From Tubiluchus corallicola (taxonomy: Eukaryota; Animalia; Priapulida), in the NCBI GenBank assembly GCA_030141605.1, contig JAQGDQ010001101.1, positions 1 to 62,675 on the forward strand: a stretch of 62,675 nucleotides of DNA. The letters are read 5' to 3'. The notes beneath the pieces were generated by a model. It was not told the origin of the DNA. It was given only the letters and a program-made list of their open reading frames with translations, and did no database searches. Below are positions 24,342-37,836 of this stretch, piece after piece; the first letter of the stretch is position 1; each line of letters begins with the position of its first letter. The position numbers and the translations under genes were made by a program.

Positions 24342-26035
24342 GCGCACGCATCTGGCAGGGATGCTGTGAAGCCAACCGCCGCAGGGCATTGATTAGACTA
24401 GGCACTGATGAAGAGGACGTCTCATAGATCAGGGGGCTTTTGGCATTGTTATACATATTGTGATGTTACGTAATAAAGTGTTATTTCCTAATCCAAGTCT
24501 TAATAGCTTTGCCATTACTCAAACGTCCATAAACAGCTACACACATCGCTCACACACGTACTACCACTATACAACCAACCTAATCATTTTACTCAGAGAT
24601 TTACCATTTTGTACCTGCGGTTGGTAAGCAAATACCATTACCATGGCATAAATGCCTTTTTAAATACACGCACGTGCTTCTGGCACTCCCTCGCTTACTC
24701 GATTCGAAGCAACTGCCCTTGTAAAAGACTGATGTTATTGACTTCCATGGCTGCAATATTATTACGCCCGTGAAAAGCGACCTTCGCGAGTATCGGCAAA
24801 CATCTCCTAATCGAAATTATAATGAAGAATAACGCGCCGGTGCCGGGTTGGGAATTTCAAACAACTTTTGATGTGTGGGAGAATGAGCAACTAGGATTCA
24901 TTAAAACGTTTTCGGCTCTCCATAGAAAATGGCGAGGTACGTTCATTACTTCTTTGAACAGGGAAGCAATGTCAAGTCTTTGAACCCACGCGCGCAGTTA
25001 ATAACTTCAGGTAAAAGTGTCAACTGGCAGACAATGCGGTCTTCTTTCTGTCAAAGTTTTTAGTTCTTCCGGTTACACAATAAAATTACTTCGGAAGTTG
25101 TGGGAAAGGCTATGGATTGTTGCTGTATAACAGTCTATGCAGGTTACACAAATATTCGTTTATTTAAGACTTGGTAAGAAAAAAGTTTCTTCTCCACTCT
25201 CCTAGCTGAAAGGAATAAGCAGTTGAAGATATATAACGGTAAAATGGCAAATGGAAAATTGTGTTTTTTAAATTATTATTTTTTATTTTTTATTTATTAT
25301 TATTATTATCACATTCAGTACGTCGAATATTATTACAAATACGTCGAAGAGAGTAAACAACTGTCGTTACAACAATGAACAATGAACAATGAATATAATA
25401 ATTCGCATTGTCTTTGAAAAGCCAGCGTGAAGCGAAATGACGATTGAAATGTATATCAGTCAAATTATTATTTTTATTATTATTTTTTATTTATTTTATT
25501 ATTATTATTATCACATTCAGTACAATATAAAGCACACAGTGACATCAAAATTATTACATCTACTATATTAAATTGTTATGTTTCATACACTATCGTTATC
25601 ATAAAAGAATAATTGTACTGCAGTGGGCTAGAGAAGCAAAGGCTTGTATAAGCCCACTGTCATGTGAACACGATAAAAGAATGGATGAGTGAACAAAAAA
25701 AGAACTGGGAGAAAGGTTAGATCACACAGGAAGGGTAGAAGGATGTGTTAGTGGAAATGGTAGGAAGAAAGATAATAGATTGCGCTATGTTGACATCAGC
25801 TCTAAAGATTTATCAATGATGCCTTGTTTTGCATAATCTGTACCAGTAATCTGTATCTGTATAAAATGTGATTTTATATAATCAAACTAGACCATGTTTT
25901 GCAAGCCGAGGTTCGTTTTCTCGCAAATTGCAACGAGCAATTCAAAATATAACTACATGCTTATTTAGTACTCTGAAACAAACACAACTGCCAGTCAGTT
26001 TAAACATAATTTATTATAGGATTGTATTAGTTGTA

Positions 26036-27644
26036 TTACGTACTAAACGCTTCCAGTAGTTTCTATCTGATATGAAATGCATCAGTCTTAAATATTCGTA
26101 CATTAATATTTTCTAACCGTCATTTTCTACTAATGTCTAATGTAATCTTGTAGTAAAACTTGTCAGCTTATAGTCTATTCTTACTGTAAATAATATTAAT
26201 GTTTAATGTAATCTTGTAGTAAAACTTGTCAGCTTATAGTCTATTCTTACTGTAAATATTATTAATGTCTAATGTAATCTTGTAGTAAAACTTGTCAGCT
26301 TGTGTAGTTATATTACGTACTAAACGCTTGCAGTAGTTTCTATCTGATATGAAATGCATCAGTCTTAAATATTCGTACATTAATATTTTCTAACCGTCAT
26401 TTTCTACTAATGTCTAATGTAATCTTGTAGTAAAACTTGTCAGCTTGTGTAGTTATAGTCTATTCTTACTGTAAATGTTACTAATGTCTAATGTATTCTT
26501 GTAGTAAAACTTGTCAGCTTGTGTAGTTATAGTCTATTCTTACTGTAAATGTTACTAATGTCTAATGTAATCTTGTAGTAAAACTTGTCAGCTTGTGTAG
26601 TTATAGTCTATTCTTACTGTAAATGTTACTAATGTCTAACGTAATCTTGTAGTAAAACTTGTCAGCTTGTGTAGTTATAGTCTATTCTTACTGTAAATGT
26701 TACTAATGTCTAACGTAATCTTGTAGTAAAACTTGTCAGCTTGTGTAGTTATAGTCTATTCTTACTGTAAATGTTACTAATGTCTAATGTAATCTTGTAG
26801 TAAAACTTGTCAGCTTGTGTAGTTATAGTCTATTCTTACTGTAAATATTACTAATGTCTAATGTAATCTTGTAGTAAAACTTGTCAGCTTGTGTAGTTAT
26901 AGTCTATTCTTACTGTAAATATTACTAATGTCTAATGTAATCTTGTAGTAAAACTTGTCAGCTTGTGTAGTTATAGTCTATCCTTACTGTAAATATTACT
27001 AATGTCTAATGTAATCTTGTAGTAAAACTTGTCAGCTTGTGTAGTTATAGTCTATTCTTACTGTAAATGTTACTAATGTCTAATGTAATCTTGTAGTAAA
27101 ACTTGTCAGCTTGTGTAGTTATAGTCTATTCTTACTGTAAATATTACTAATGTCTAATGTAATCTTGTAGTAAAACTTGTCAGCTTGTGTAGTTATAGTC
27201 TATTCTTACTGTAAATATTACTAATGTCTAATGTAATCTTGTAGTAAAACTTGTCAGCTTGTGTAGTTATAGTCTATTCTTACTGTAAATATTACTAATG
27301 TCTAATGTAATCTTGTAGTAAAACTTGTCAGCTTGTGTAGTTATAGTCTATTCTTACTGTAAATGTTACTAATATCTAATGTATTCTTGTAGTAAAACTT
27401 GTCAGCTTGTGTAGTTATAGTCTATTCTTACTGTAAATATTACTAATGTCTAATGTAATCTTGTAGTAAAACTTGTCAGCTTGTGTAGTTATAGTCTATT
27501 CTTACTGTAAATGTTACTAATGTCTAATGTAATCTTGTAGTAAAACTTGTCAGCTTGTGTAGTTATATTACGTACTAAACGCTTGCAGTAGTTTCTATCT
27601 GATATGAAATGCATCAGTCTTAAATATTCGTACATTAATATTTT
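26036..27644 (+). repeat. 74-bp satellite (~16 full units plus shorter variants) derived from a LINE 3' UTR
   Basis: Unit aatgtctaatgtaatcttgtagtaaaacttgtcagcttgtgtagttatagtctattcttactgtaaatgttact is the reverse complement of sequence at ~16930-17008 and ~6862-7010. Confidence 0.93.
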
Positions 27645-28284
27645 CGTGTTAATTGTTGGCATTTTTGTCACTTCCTTTTGGTGTCCCCTTAATACAATTT
27701 TTAGCTTTTTTTCTTATTTTCCATTATGCAAACTTTTCTGCAAGCGTACCATGTCATGGCAACAGTCCAAAACTGATAACGATGAGCATCTGTTTCGCTG
27801 ATTCGCTTTTATTCGCGTGAATCACAGCTTGCTTAAGCAGGTTTAACGTGTGGTACAGCTTTTGTCAATGTTCAACCAACCGGTTAACACGTGGCTGCAC
27901 CATTTTACATGGCTTCGCGAGATCATTCTCCTGATTCATGCAACCTCCGAATATTTTCTTGCGGATGCAGTGTGACAGGGATAATTCAATGTTGAGCTTG
28001 TATTTTAATCCTAATTAGTTGAGAGCCTCTTCTTGAAAATACCAAGCGCTAAAACCTTAATTTATGCTACACTTGCGCGTCTGACAGATGTTGCCTGTCT
28101 CAAGGATATGTAGATTACGTTGTACGAAAAGTAGTTAGTGATATTTTACTGTAGAATTTGTATTAATGAAATAATGAAAGTCTGAAACAAACACAACTGC
28201 CAGTCAGGTATACTAAACAGAGACATAATACAAGGTATAATCAATACACTGTGCCTTTCCGTAGAACTAACATAGCTAAACATT

Positions 28285-28830
28285 TTACAATATTTCAAGG
28301 ACCAAAAGTCTTAAATGAGATTTGTCAATCCGCAAAAAATAGCAGATCTATTACTAGATTTAAAAAATGCTAAAAAATCAAATTTTAAGTAAGTATCAGT
28401 GAGTAATCAAAACTTCTGTCAGTATCCACCCTCACATTTGTAGCAAAATAGTTGTGTTATCTTAATCAAGTTATCTTAATTTTACATACTATTAACAAAT
28501 AATAGTCTTTCTATCTTTTATATAATCTCATATATGAGCTTCATTCATTACATCATTCCATTTTAAGCACTAATGTTTTTTATCATACGATTCACTTTAA
28601 ATTTTCAGATTATTTCCATTACTTTTTTTCTTTCACTGTGTGGGACAATCTAACAAGCCCTGCTTTTTGATTGCCCGCAACACAATTACATTCGTATATA
28701 TGTGAACAGTGTTTGAGGCTTTTCCTGTGCAGTATTTCTTATTTGTATTATGTTCATTGTAGGCCCTTTCACTAGATATTGTACATGAAACTATTGTAAA
28801 TGTGTAATGTGAAATAAATGACTTATGACT
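28285..28830 (+). mobile_element. CR1/L2-like LINE 3' end, paralogue of 13310-13870
   Basis: Direct sequence similarity. Confidence 0.7.
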
Positions 28831-29282
28831 AAAGTACTGCTGCTTCTTTTTTGCTACTTTTTGCAACTTGCAGAATAGCCTCAAACTTTGAGGCTGTCGT
28901 ATACGTAAAAGGAAGATTACGTAACAGGAACCTAATTATGTGTTGAATCCTTTAACAACTTGGTTGGCTTAATTAAAACACTGATGGCTTAAGACTAGCA
29001 CGTCCCGAGACACAGGCTATACCTAGACCTAGACCTAGACAGCACTGTCTAACGCTGCAAAAACTATTTTGGACTTACAGACAAACAAACAAACAAACTT
29101 CGTATATGTCATTGTATCATACATGTTATTGTGTATGCAAGATTGTTATTACTTGCATTTGAAGTTGCATATGCACATGCGTTAGCATTTGCGGTCTAAA
29201 CCAATAATGTTAAAGTCATGATTAATGTGTCCATTAGATCCTGTTGACAACGCGTTAGATCTGGTACACTTCATAGACTCAC

Positions 29283-29581
29283 GCTACGACTCCATGTGCG
29301 CGTAATGCGTAATGCGTAGTGCGGACTGTGATGGCTATCTTCTGAATACGCATCACGCAGCAATACGCAGACGGGAAATCGCCGTTGCCTAGGTGATTTG
29401 ACGAGTTTCTTACACTATTATCCTACACTTATTATTCCTACATTTACGAACAGCGACCAAAATGGCGGAAATGACGCCGTGACCTTTGTTAATACGCATA
29501 GCGTTCACGGACACATGGAAACTGTCAATACACGGATTACGGATCACGCAATTACGCATTACGCGCACATGCTGTCGTAGC
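29283..29581. mobile_element. MITE, ~300 bp, with ~35-bp TIRs
   Basis: gctacgactccatgtgcgcgtaatgcgtaat ... attacgcattacgcgcacatgctgtcgtagc. Confidence 0.8.
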
Positions 29582-29989
29582 TTAATACGCCATTTTTCTC
29601 GTTTTAATTATGTATTGCAGTAAATCCTGTACAGACATGAAAAAATCCAGTTAAGCTCAAAACTTCTCGTTTCCCGGAATGCGAGTGTTTAGCGACCATT
29701 TTGTTTGTCGGCGTGACAAACGACAGGACGTTTTGCAACAGTAACCATGTTTTCTACCAAGTCATCTCATAGGAAGCGTTTATCTCATTTGGCTAGTCAC
29801 AGACTCACAGAAGCTTACTTCCACATTTCGGAAAGGAAAGTAAATCCTCACTGAATGCTAGAAAACGGGCCGTGCATAACTATTTATTAATGCTGTGTAT
29901 CGTGACAACTTAAGACATTAAAGTCTAAGTGATAAATAGCATGTAAACAGACTGAAGCACATATCAACATTCAGCAGGCTTAGACTAGT

Positions 29990-30780
<791 letters not shown>

Positions 30781-31137
30781 AACAGAGGGAAGACGTACAG
30801 ACTGGGATGGGAAAAAAGTGAGCTTAGTAAGGGAGTAAAAATTATAAAGAGGATAACCAAAAAACGGGAGCGCGTTAAGTAGAAAAAGGTCGCGTTGTTT
30901 TAAGAAGTGAAAATACTAAACAACCTTGTGATATTGTGTGATTTGCATGATTAGCCTTATTTATAATTTAAGGAATTGTCAATTCAAAAAATCAGTGAAG
31001 TTTTTCGCAGTGAAGGCTTTGGCTATTCAAAGTTTTTTCGCAAGTAAAGAATCTTGATTAAACCTGCAGAGATTTCTAAGTCACAGAAAAACATTTGTCA
31101 TTACTTGACCTTGAGCAATCGTTAGCAATTTCATTAC

Positions 31138-31254
31138 CTTCGTTAGACTTCTCACTAATCATATCAGCAGCTGCTGTCTGGTCGGATTGTGAGTTTTGCT
31201 TAGCGGTATCTTGAACCATGTCACGACTGCTAAATTCATCAACCAACTGATCCT
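31138..31254 (-). CDS. Stalk exon 2 of the DIP/lachesin-like gene
   Basis: Strong acceptor (poly-T)gtttgtgcag, donor G|gtaatg; 117 bp, phase 1-1, open frame EDQLVDEFSSRDMVQDTAKQNSQSDQTAAADMISEKSNE. Confidence 0.7.
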
Positions 31255-31444
31255 CTGCACAAACAAAAAAAAAATCAGTTTAACTCTGTGAATAAAGCCA
31301 ACAAACTTCTGAACGTTGCTACTGTACTTTCGCAAAATCGCAATAAATTGATTATTTTATCGATAAATCATTTCAACATTCAGCAGTTAGTTGCTTGATT
31401 GGTCGGTCCGTCGGATGGTAAGACGATGATTGGTTTGATTCACT

Positions 31445-32306
31445 AGTCAGTCAGTCAGTCAGTCAGTCAGTCAGTCATTCAGTCACGCAGTCAGTCAGTC
31501 AGTCAGTCCATCATGCAGTCAGTAAGTCAGTCAGTTAGTCAGTCACACAGATAGTCAGTCAGTCAGTCAGTCAGTCAGTCAGTCAGTCAGTCAGTCAGTC
31601 AGTCAGTCAGTCTGTCTGTCTGTCAGTCAGTCAGTCAGTCAGTCAGTCAGTCAGTCAGTCAGTCAGTCAGTCAGTCAGTCAGTTACGCAATCAATCAGTC
31701 AGTCAATCAGTCAGTCAGTCAGTCAGTCAGTCAGTCAGTCAGTCAGTCAGTTACGCAATCAATCAGTCAGTCAATCAGTCAGTCAGTCAGTCAGTCAGTC
31801 AGTCAGTCAGTCAGTCAGTCAGTCAGTCAGTCAGTCGGTCGGTCGGTCGGTCGGTCGGTCGGTCGGTCGGTCGGTCAGTCAGTCAGTCAGTCAGTCAGTC
31901 AGTCAGTCAGTCAGTTAGTCAGTCAGTTAGTTAGTCAGTCAGTCAGTCAGTCAGTCAGTCAGTCACTCAGTCAGTGTTAATATACAATAATTTTACTGGC
32001 ATTACAACAAAAACACAGTAACAAATACGCAGAAGACCTAAAATTCAGAGTATTACAAAATGACTAGTCTACATCTTTATTATTTGCTCAGGTAAATAAC
32101 CTATAAACATCTCCAGACCGCATCTTTTCCATGTACCAAGTCCAAATTGTCTCTTCTTAAGCCAGCCAATGAGTATCCTAGTTCCGACTTGCAGTGTGTC
32201 CATGACGTCAAAAAATGAACAAGCTCGAGTTAACGGTGGGACTCATTTTAACTAAATACTTATATTTTCACCTAATTTTCGTTCAGTGTGTGATTATCCT
32301 AACAGT
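31445..32306 (-). repeat. (AGTC)n microsatellite (31445-31975) plus the dispersed repeat shared with 2712-3145
   Basis: Direct reading and similarity. Confidence 0.8.
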
Positions 32307-33795
32307 TGACACTAACGAGCTTCCCTTCTGTTCCAGCGTACTTTCAGACTTTGCACAATTAATATACGAAAAAACCTTATCTATGCATCCATCAGTTTTA
32401 GCTAGGGAAAATAATTAATGTACTCGAAGAGACGAGATAAAAGCGTGTATGATTTACAAACAGCAAATTGGTCGCAGGATTGTCTGATTATGCTAAGTAA
32501 TAGAGATTTGCATGAAAAGTTTTCTGGGCGTACTTTAACATTGCCTTTACTTGCCCTGATCTAGGCTGTGCGTGTGTGACGTCATGTAATGGCGCGGTCG
32601 GAACAGCATTGCGGGAGATTTAAAATGAAAACAAACAAAAATTTCTTTCAACGCGAATAAGATACGTGCACAAAATTACTGTATAGTAGTATAATTTTTA
32701 AGAAGATTTTTCTGAAACCTACTTCAGGTACCCCTATTCTTTTCCTTTAAGGAACTTGCAAGTAATAAACTCCTCGCAAGATTGTGTGATTCAAATTACA
32801 GAACCATGAGAAGAATTATGTTGCGAATCTGTCCAAATGAGCGAGCATCATTATTCCAACTGCCCCATCCTTTATTCCAGCATCTTCCTGGATGCTTCTT
32901 CACGGGATTCAAAAATCATTCAGCTTCCCAGCGGGGCGTCTGGTGAAGCTCTTGAACTTGCGCCTTCCTGCCAGCACCTCAGCCGTGGCTCATTAAATAT
33001 GCAAGCGTCTGACGTCACGACCCCAACACGCCATGGTCTTGTTATACACAGACGACTATCATACGCTTCTTTCTAATCAACATTAGTTTTACATCTTTGT
33101 GGCAATCCTCCATTGATTCGTCCTATACGGACTGTACAATACACCGCAGCGTGTTTATGATGGCATTTATAACGCCAGGCGCTCAGGAGGACTGACGCTT
33201 TTGCTGATTAAATTCGATTTCTGAATATAATAATGGCTTTATATCATTGACCTGTCAAAATCCACTGGGACTTCTAGTAATGGCCATGTTTGTCGAGATG
33301 CCGTCTATACACTGGCGGCTGTGTTATTTAATTATCGCCTAACGTGCTAATCATGACAATTATCTATGATCATAATTAGCTGTTTATATGTTCAAATGTT
33401 TTCAAATGAGCTCACACGCTTGAGACGCCATTTTGGTTGTTTTATCGCATCCGGTTATGCGATGTTTGCCACGTTTATTGCTGAAGTGCTAAATTAAGCG
33501 CAATTTGTGATGTTCATAATTTAGCACTGAAACTGCAACAAATGACAGAATAATAGTCCGCAAAAATTCTGCATCTCTGTGGAGAATAAACTTAACGCTT
33601 TGCTATTAAGCAACGTTCAGTTTGTAAGCAAAATTTTTTCAGTTTTAAACTCGTATTAAATGGGACATTTTAGTTAAAAACCGTTTACTGTGCGCTTAAT
33701 ATCGCTTATCAATTTATGTAATGTATGTGAATACATGAATAAACATGTGTACAGACAATACAAAATAATGGAATGTTTATTGATTTATTAATAAA

Positions 33796-34255
33796 TTGTT
33801 GTTGGCATCCTTCTGTCTCGGAAGACAATGGAGTGTGCGCCAAGAGCGTCAGTTATTGATCATGGAGCTGCAGCGTCGACTGTGGCAGGACTGTGACTTA
33901 TCGCACGCCTGGGCAAGGTGTGTGGAGATCCTGAGTTGGCGAGACAACAGGAACCCCCTCTCTTCCTCCCTGGTGTAGTCCACCAGGTTGGCTGCAGGAG
34001 CTGCCGGAGTCAGTGAGCATGCTGCACTTGTCCGTCTTCGGGGCTCCACTCCTGATTTGGAAGATTTACTCCTCTACACATGGCCGTTGGATCATTTGAC
34101 CTCCTCCGCCCTCTAACCGTTGGCTGCTTGTGCAGCTCCTCCGCCTAGTGTCGAGATACAGTGTGGGCATCCCGCAAGCCTACAGCACCTGGCATTCCTA
34201 GGCGGTCACCCATCCAAGTACTAAGCAGGCTCTACGTTGCTTAACTTCGGTGATC
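33796..34255 (-). mobile_element. SINE3 copy D (5S from about position 40, body with internal deletions, (AAC)n tail)
   Basis: Reverse complement gatcaccgaagttaagcaacgtagagcctgcttagtacttggatggg... contains the box A and box C regions. Confidence 0.88.
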
Positions 34256-35733
34256 ACGTGATCACGCCCATTGATAAATAGTAAGTAAATAATTCAATTA
34301 ATAACCAATTAATTGAACAGGATAAAGATGATACCTGTAAAATCACATATCAATTGTCACCATAGTCACTTATTTCACTAATAATGTGACTCAAACACGT
34401 CACCGTCTAGGACACCATCTTTTTTAAGCACTAACTTTGCTTTACTTTTCGTCAACAGGGATGTTCATATAAAACTTATTTAAATATTAGTATACAGTGA
34501 AGAAATTATTTATTTACTTGTTTATTTGTCTATTGTAATTTAGACATGTATTATGTTAGTGTCTATACTATATAAATACACGACTAGTACGGCAACTTAC
34601 ATGGCAAAAAAGTAGCAAAAACTATCAAAAAGTATAAAAATTCACAACATTTCATAAGTCGCCATCATGTCATCATGTAGACAAATGTGTAGATACGTAA
34701 CATAGTTTTTTAATGTTTTTATTCTTATGTTATTATTAAACTTACAGTGAGTGATACAATTGCACATATACTTGTTACACATACTGGTCTGTCACTGACT
34801 GGTTGTACACTGATTTTGTGTATGATGTAATTCGTTTTACTCTGTACTAGTGTATAATTTTTGTAATAAAGATATTGCAATAATATATATATATATATTA
34901 TATATATTAAATATATATAATATATATATATATATTAAAACGGTATGAAAGAAAGAAATCAGCAGGCACATAAGCACTTATGCTGATTCTATACTAAGAA
35001 AAATGACGCACAAAAATAACGCAAGTCTATACAAGCTATCCACTAAAATAGATCTGTTTCGAAGTAATCACAAAAACTTTTATTTTAAATTCAATATTAC
35101 AGAAAAAGTAAAAGACGTGCCGATTTCTCCGCTTCCAATGAGTAGACTAAAAAACGTGCTCAATTCTGATTGGCTGACCTACTAAATGCATATAACGAAG
35201 CCATGTTTTACAGGCAATTCTAAATAAAGTACAACCTTAGATTAAAGGGCAAGCAGAGAGAAATCTTCCGAACATTTATCACATCTTATTCAATGGTGGA
35301 CCCATTCTAAATGTAATTAAGTAGAAATACACTGTACAACACGTTTTATACAGTAACGTAGTAATGAGAGAACCAATTAGTCCCATGATAATCTTATCGC
35401 ATGTTTCGGATAAAGTTACAATAAGGCAGGAAATTAATGCTAGCTAATCGTTTGCTAAACACTGACAAACTACTAACATCAGCCATATAAAAATTCTAAG
35501 CTTTTCAAATGTTTCCAGATCTTTTTTAACAAACGAGAATTTTGAGACGTTTAAACTCGAAAAAGACGTAAACAGTTTCAATTTGCGACCAAGTAATTGA
35601 TTCGAAAATCCAACTCCAGAGCAGGTTATGTTACGTCTTATCTGAGTAACGAACACACTGCCGACACATTCTTATGCAAAACTTAACTGTTATATTAAGC
35701 GGATCTTTTTTACAGGTCTATGCATAAGCTTAA

Positions 35734-36286
35734 AGAACAAGAAAACCCTCCACTTACATAAAGCTTAAAAAATTCGTCTCGAAATTTTATACCACTTACA
35801 TACTACCTTTTCGTATGCATGGCTTGCATCGGCCGTAACGCTGTATAAAACGTGTAAATTTAAACTCCCGCGATGACCGTTAGACGCAGCCATTTTAATC
35901 GTAGGTCGTTTGAAACAAGTTTTGATAACATTAAGTGAAGTTTGAAAAAATGACCAGAGCATTCGTGGCATACATGTTGCTAATTAAGTAAAATTTTAAA
36001 TTACTGTATCGTTTTTGGCTAGTGAGTGGGGCACCCTGGAGGGTGAGTCAGCGACATTCTACCAACTGACACGAACATTTTAAATGATTAGTCTAACTAC
36101 ATAAGTGTTTCCAGTAGGTAAGCTTCCCTGATTTACGTGACGTCATGTAATGGCGCCGTCGGAACAGTATTGCGGGAGATTTAAAATGAAAACAAACGAA
36201 AATTCCTTTCAACACGAGTACGATATGTGCATAAAATTGCTGTAAAGTAGTATCAAGCCTATTTCAGGTACCCGTTTTCTTGTCCT
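35734..36286. mobile_element. Kolobok-like non-autonomous DNA transposon
   Basis: TTAA|agaacaagaaaac ... gttttcttgtcct|TTAA; purine-purine termini; right part also present at ~32570-32750. Confidence 0.65.
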
Positions 36287-36608
36287 TTAAGCTACTGCAA
36301 TAATATGAATACACAGTTCAAGGACGAAATCCAAAACCCACACAGCTGTTGCCAAAATTTGAGCACGTCCCGGGTTTTTCAATTTGATTCAAAACCATTT
36401 CGTTTTCATTTTCATTCCACAACTTACAACCACCGAAGTCCTTTTGCAAGAACAATGAAACGTTCGACAAGGTAACGCAAACAAGTTTGCGACGGAATTA
36501 AAAATGTTTGCGAATGAACATGGAACTTCGCAAGGGTAGTCTTGGTCGCCTTATAGGGCACCTTAAGTTTTGAATATTATGTTCAAAACTTTAACATTTT
36601 TATGGGCT

Positions 36609-37086
36609 GTTGTTGTTGGCATCCTTCTGTCTCCGAAGACAATGGAATGTGCGCCAAGAGAGTCAGTTATTGATCATGGAGCTGCAGCGTCGACTGTGGC
36701 AGGAGTCTGAGTTGCCCAGACAACAGGAACCCCCCCCCTCTTCCTCCCTGGTGTAGTCCAAAGGAAAGCGGAGCGATACATTTGGCACCAGGTTGGCTGC
36801 AGGAGCTGCCGAAGTCAGTAAGCATGCTGCACTGGTCCGCCTTCGGGGCTGCACTCCTGATTTTGGAAGGTTTACTCCTCTACACAGGGCCGTTGTGTCA
36901 CTTGACCTCCTCCGCCCTCTAGTCGGTGGCTGGTTGTGCAGCTGCTCCGCCTAGTGTCGAGATGCAGTGTGGGCGTCCGGCAAGCCTACAGCACCTGGTA
37001 TTCCTAGGCGGTCACCCATCCAAGTACTAACCAGGCTCTACGTTGCTTAACTTCGGTGTTTTCAACGTGATTTGGCCGTAGTTCAA
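36609..37086 (-). mobile_element. Near full-length SINE3 copy E with target-site duplication
   Basis: Head ctacggccaaatcacgttgaaaacaccg/aagttaagcaacg...gctgtaggctt is 5S rRNA-like; (AAC)n tail; 10-bp TSD tttatgggct at 36599-36608 and 37087-37096. Confidence 0.92.
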
Positions 37087-37725
37087 TTTATGGGCTACGA
37101 TTACGCTTTACTGGTTAGTTGAGCTGTCTCGTAACAGGGAGATCTCAGCACGCTTAAAATTAGGAAGCCAAATTATTGTTGTGGGCGTTACGGGTTACCG
37201 GTTTGAGACTGTAAACTCTCAGCTTAGTTTGTGGGGTTTTGTTGATTACAGCAATTACCGTTACGCCATTTTCATAAGTTTGAATGAAGCTGCGATATGA
37301 AGAATATACTGATTTTTTCTATTGGTTAAGCGAAGTAGGCATACACCACTAAGTCTGGCGCGCCATTGGTCAAAATTCGCTCGTGTAATCAAGTCGTCAT
37401 AGCTGTGTAATGTTTAAACCTTTTGTGTATTTTTATACTCTGCATTCCTGCAAGCTTTCTTTATTTTTCTTCTAAATAATTAAAACTGTCAAAATTGATC
37501 ATTTTTTCTCCTACCAAAGGTCCTCCTACAGCGATAACCGAGACAACCTACATGAGAAACGAATCTGTACTTTGCTACATTTTGAGATGGATTTCTTGCT
37601 TTTAAGTGGATTTTGGTAAAGTTAAAAAACCTCAATCATTCATGCCTAATTTTCTAATGCCACGTGGTTTTGCATCTAATTCCATTCTCAATGTTTCACT
37701 TGCAATAAAGAAAGCAAACACTCAC

Positions 37726-37836
37726 CGGATGGCTTGTGCGGTGTTTTTCGCCTTTTACTTGGATATTTTGCGGGTGGTTTCGGTGCCACAGTCGTCGTTG
37801 TCGTTGTAGTCGTTGTTGTCGTGGTTACAACTATAT
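37726..37836 (-). CDS. Stalk exon 1 (Thr-rich then basic) of the DIP/lachesin-like gene
   Basis: Acceptor cttatttgcag, donor G|gtgagt; 111 bp, phase 1-1; HIVVTTTTTTTTTTTVAPKPPAKYPSKRRKTPHKPS, with mixed Thr codons. Confidence 0.82.

Noticed and set aside
24405-24430. Second hammerhead candidate ctgatgaagaggacgtctc (also ctgatgaa at ~59169)
   Set aside because: No GAAA core after the putative stem II
26036-27644. CRISPR-like regular array (also 3550-4060, 5358-6052, 7680-8243)
   Set aside because: Whole units repeat with no unique spacers; no cas genes; eukaryotic context; the 74-bp unit traces to a LINE UTR
36983-37083. Functional 5S rRNA gene (also 34177-34255)
   Set aside because: Internal deletion or truncation, no oligo-T terminator after the 3' end, dispersed in both orientations with tail and TSD: a SINE head
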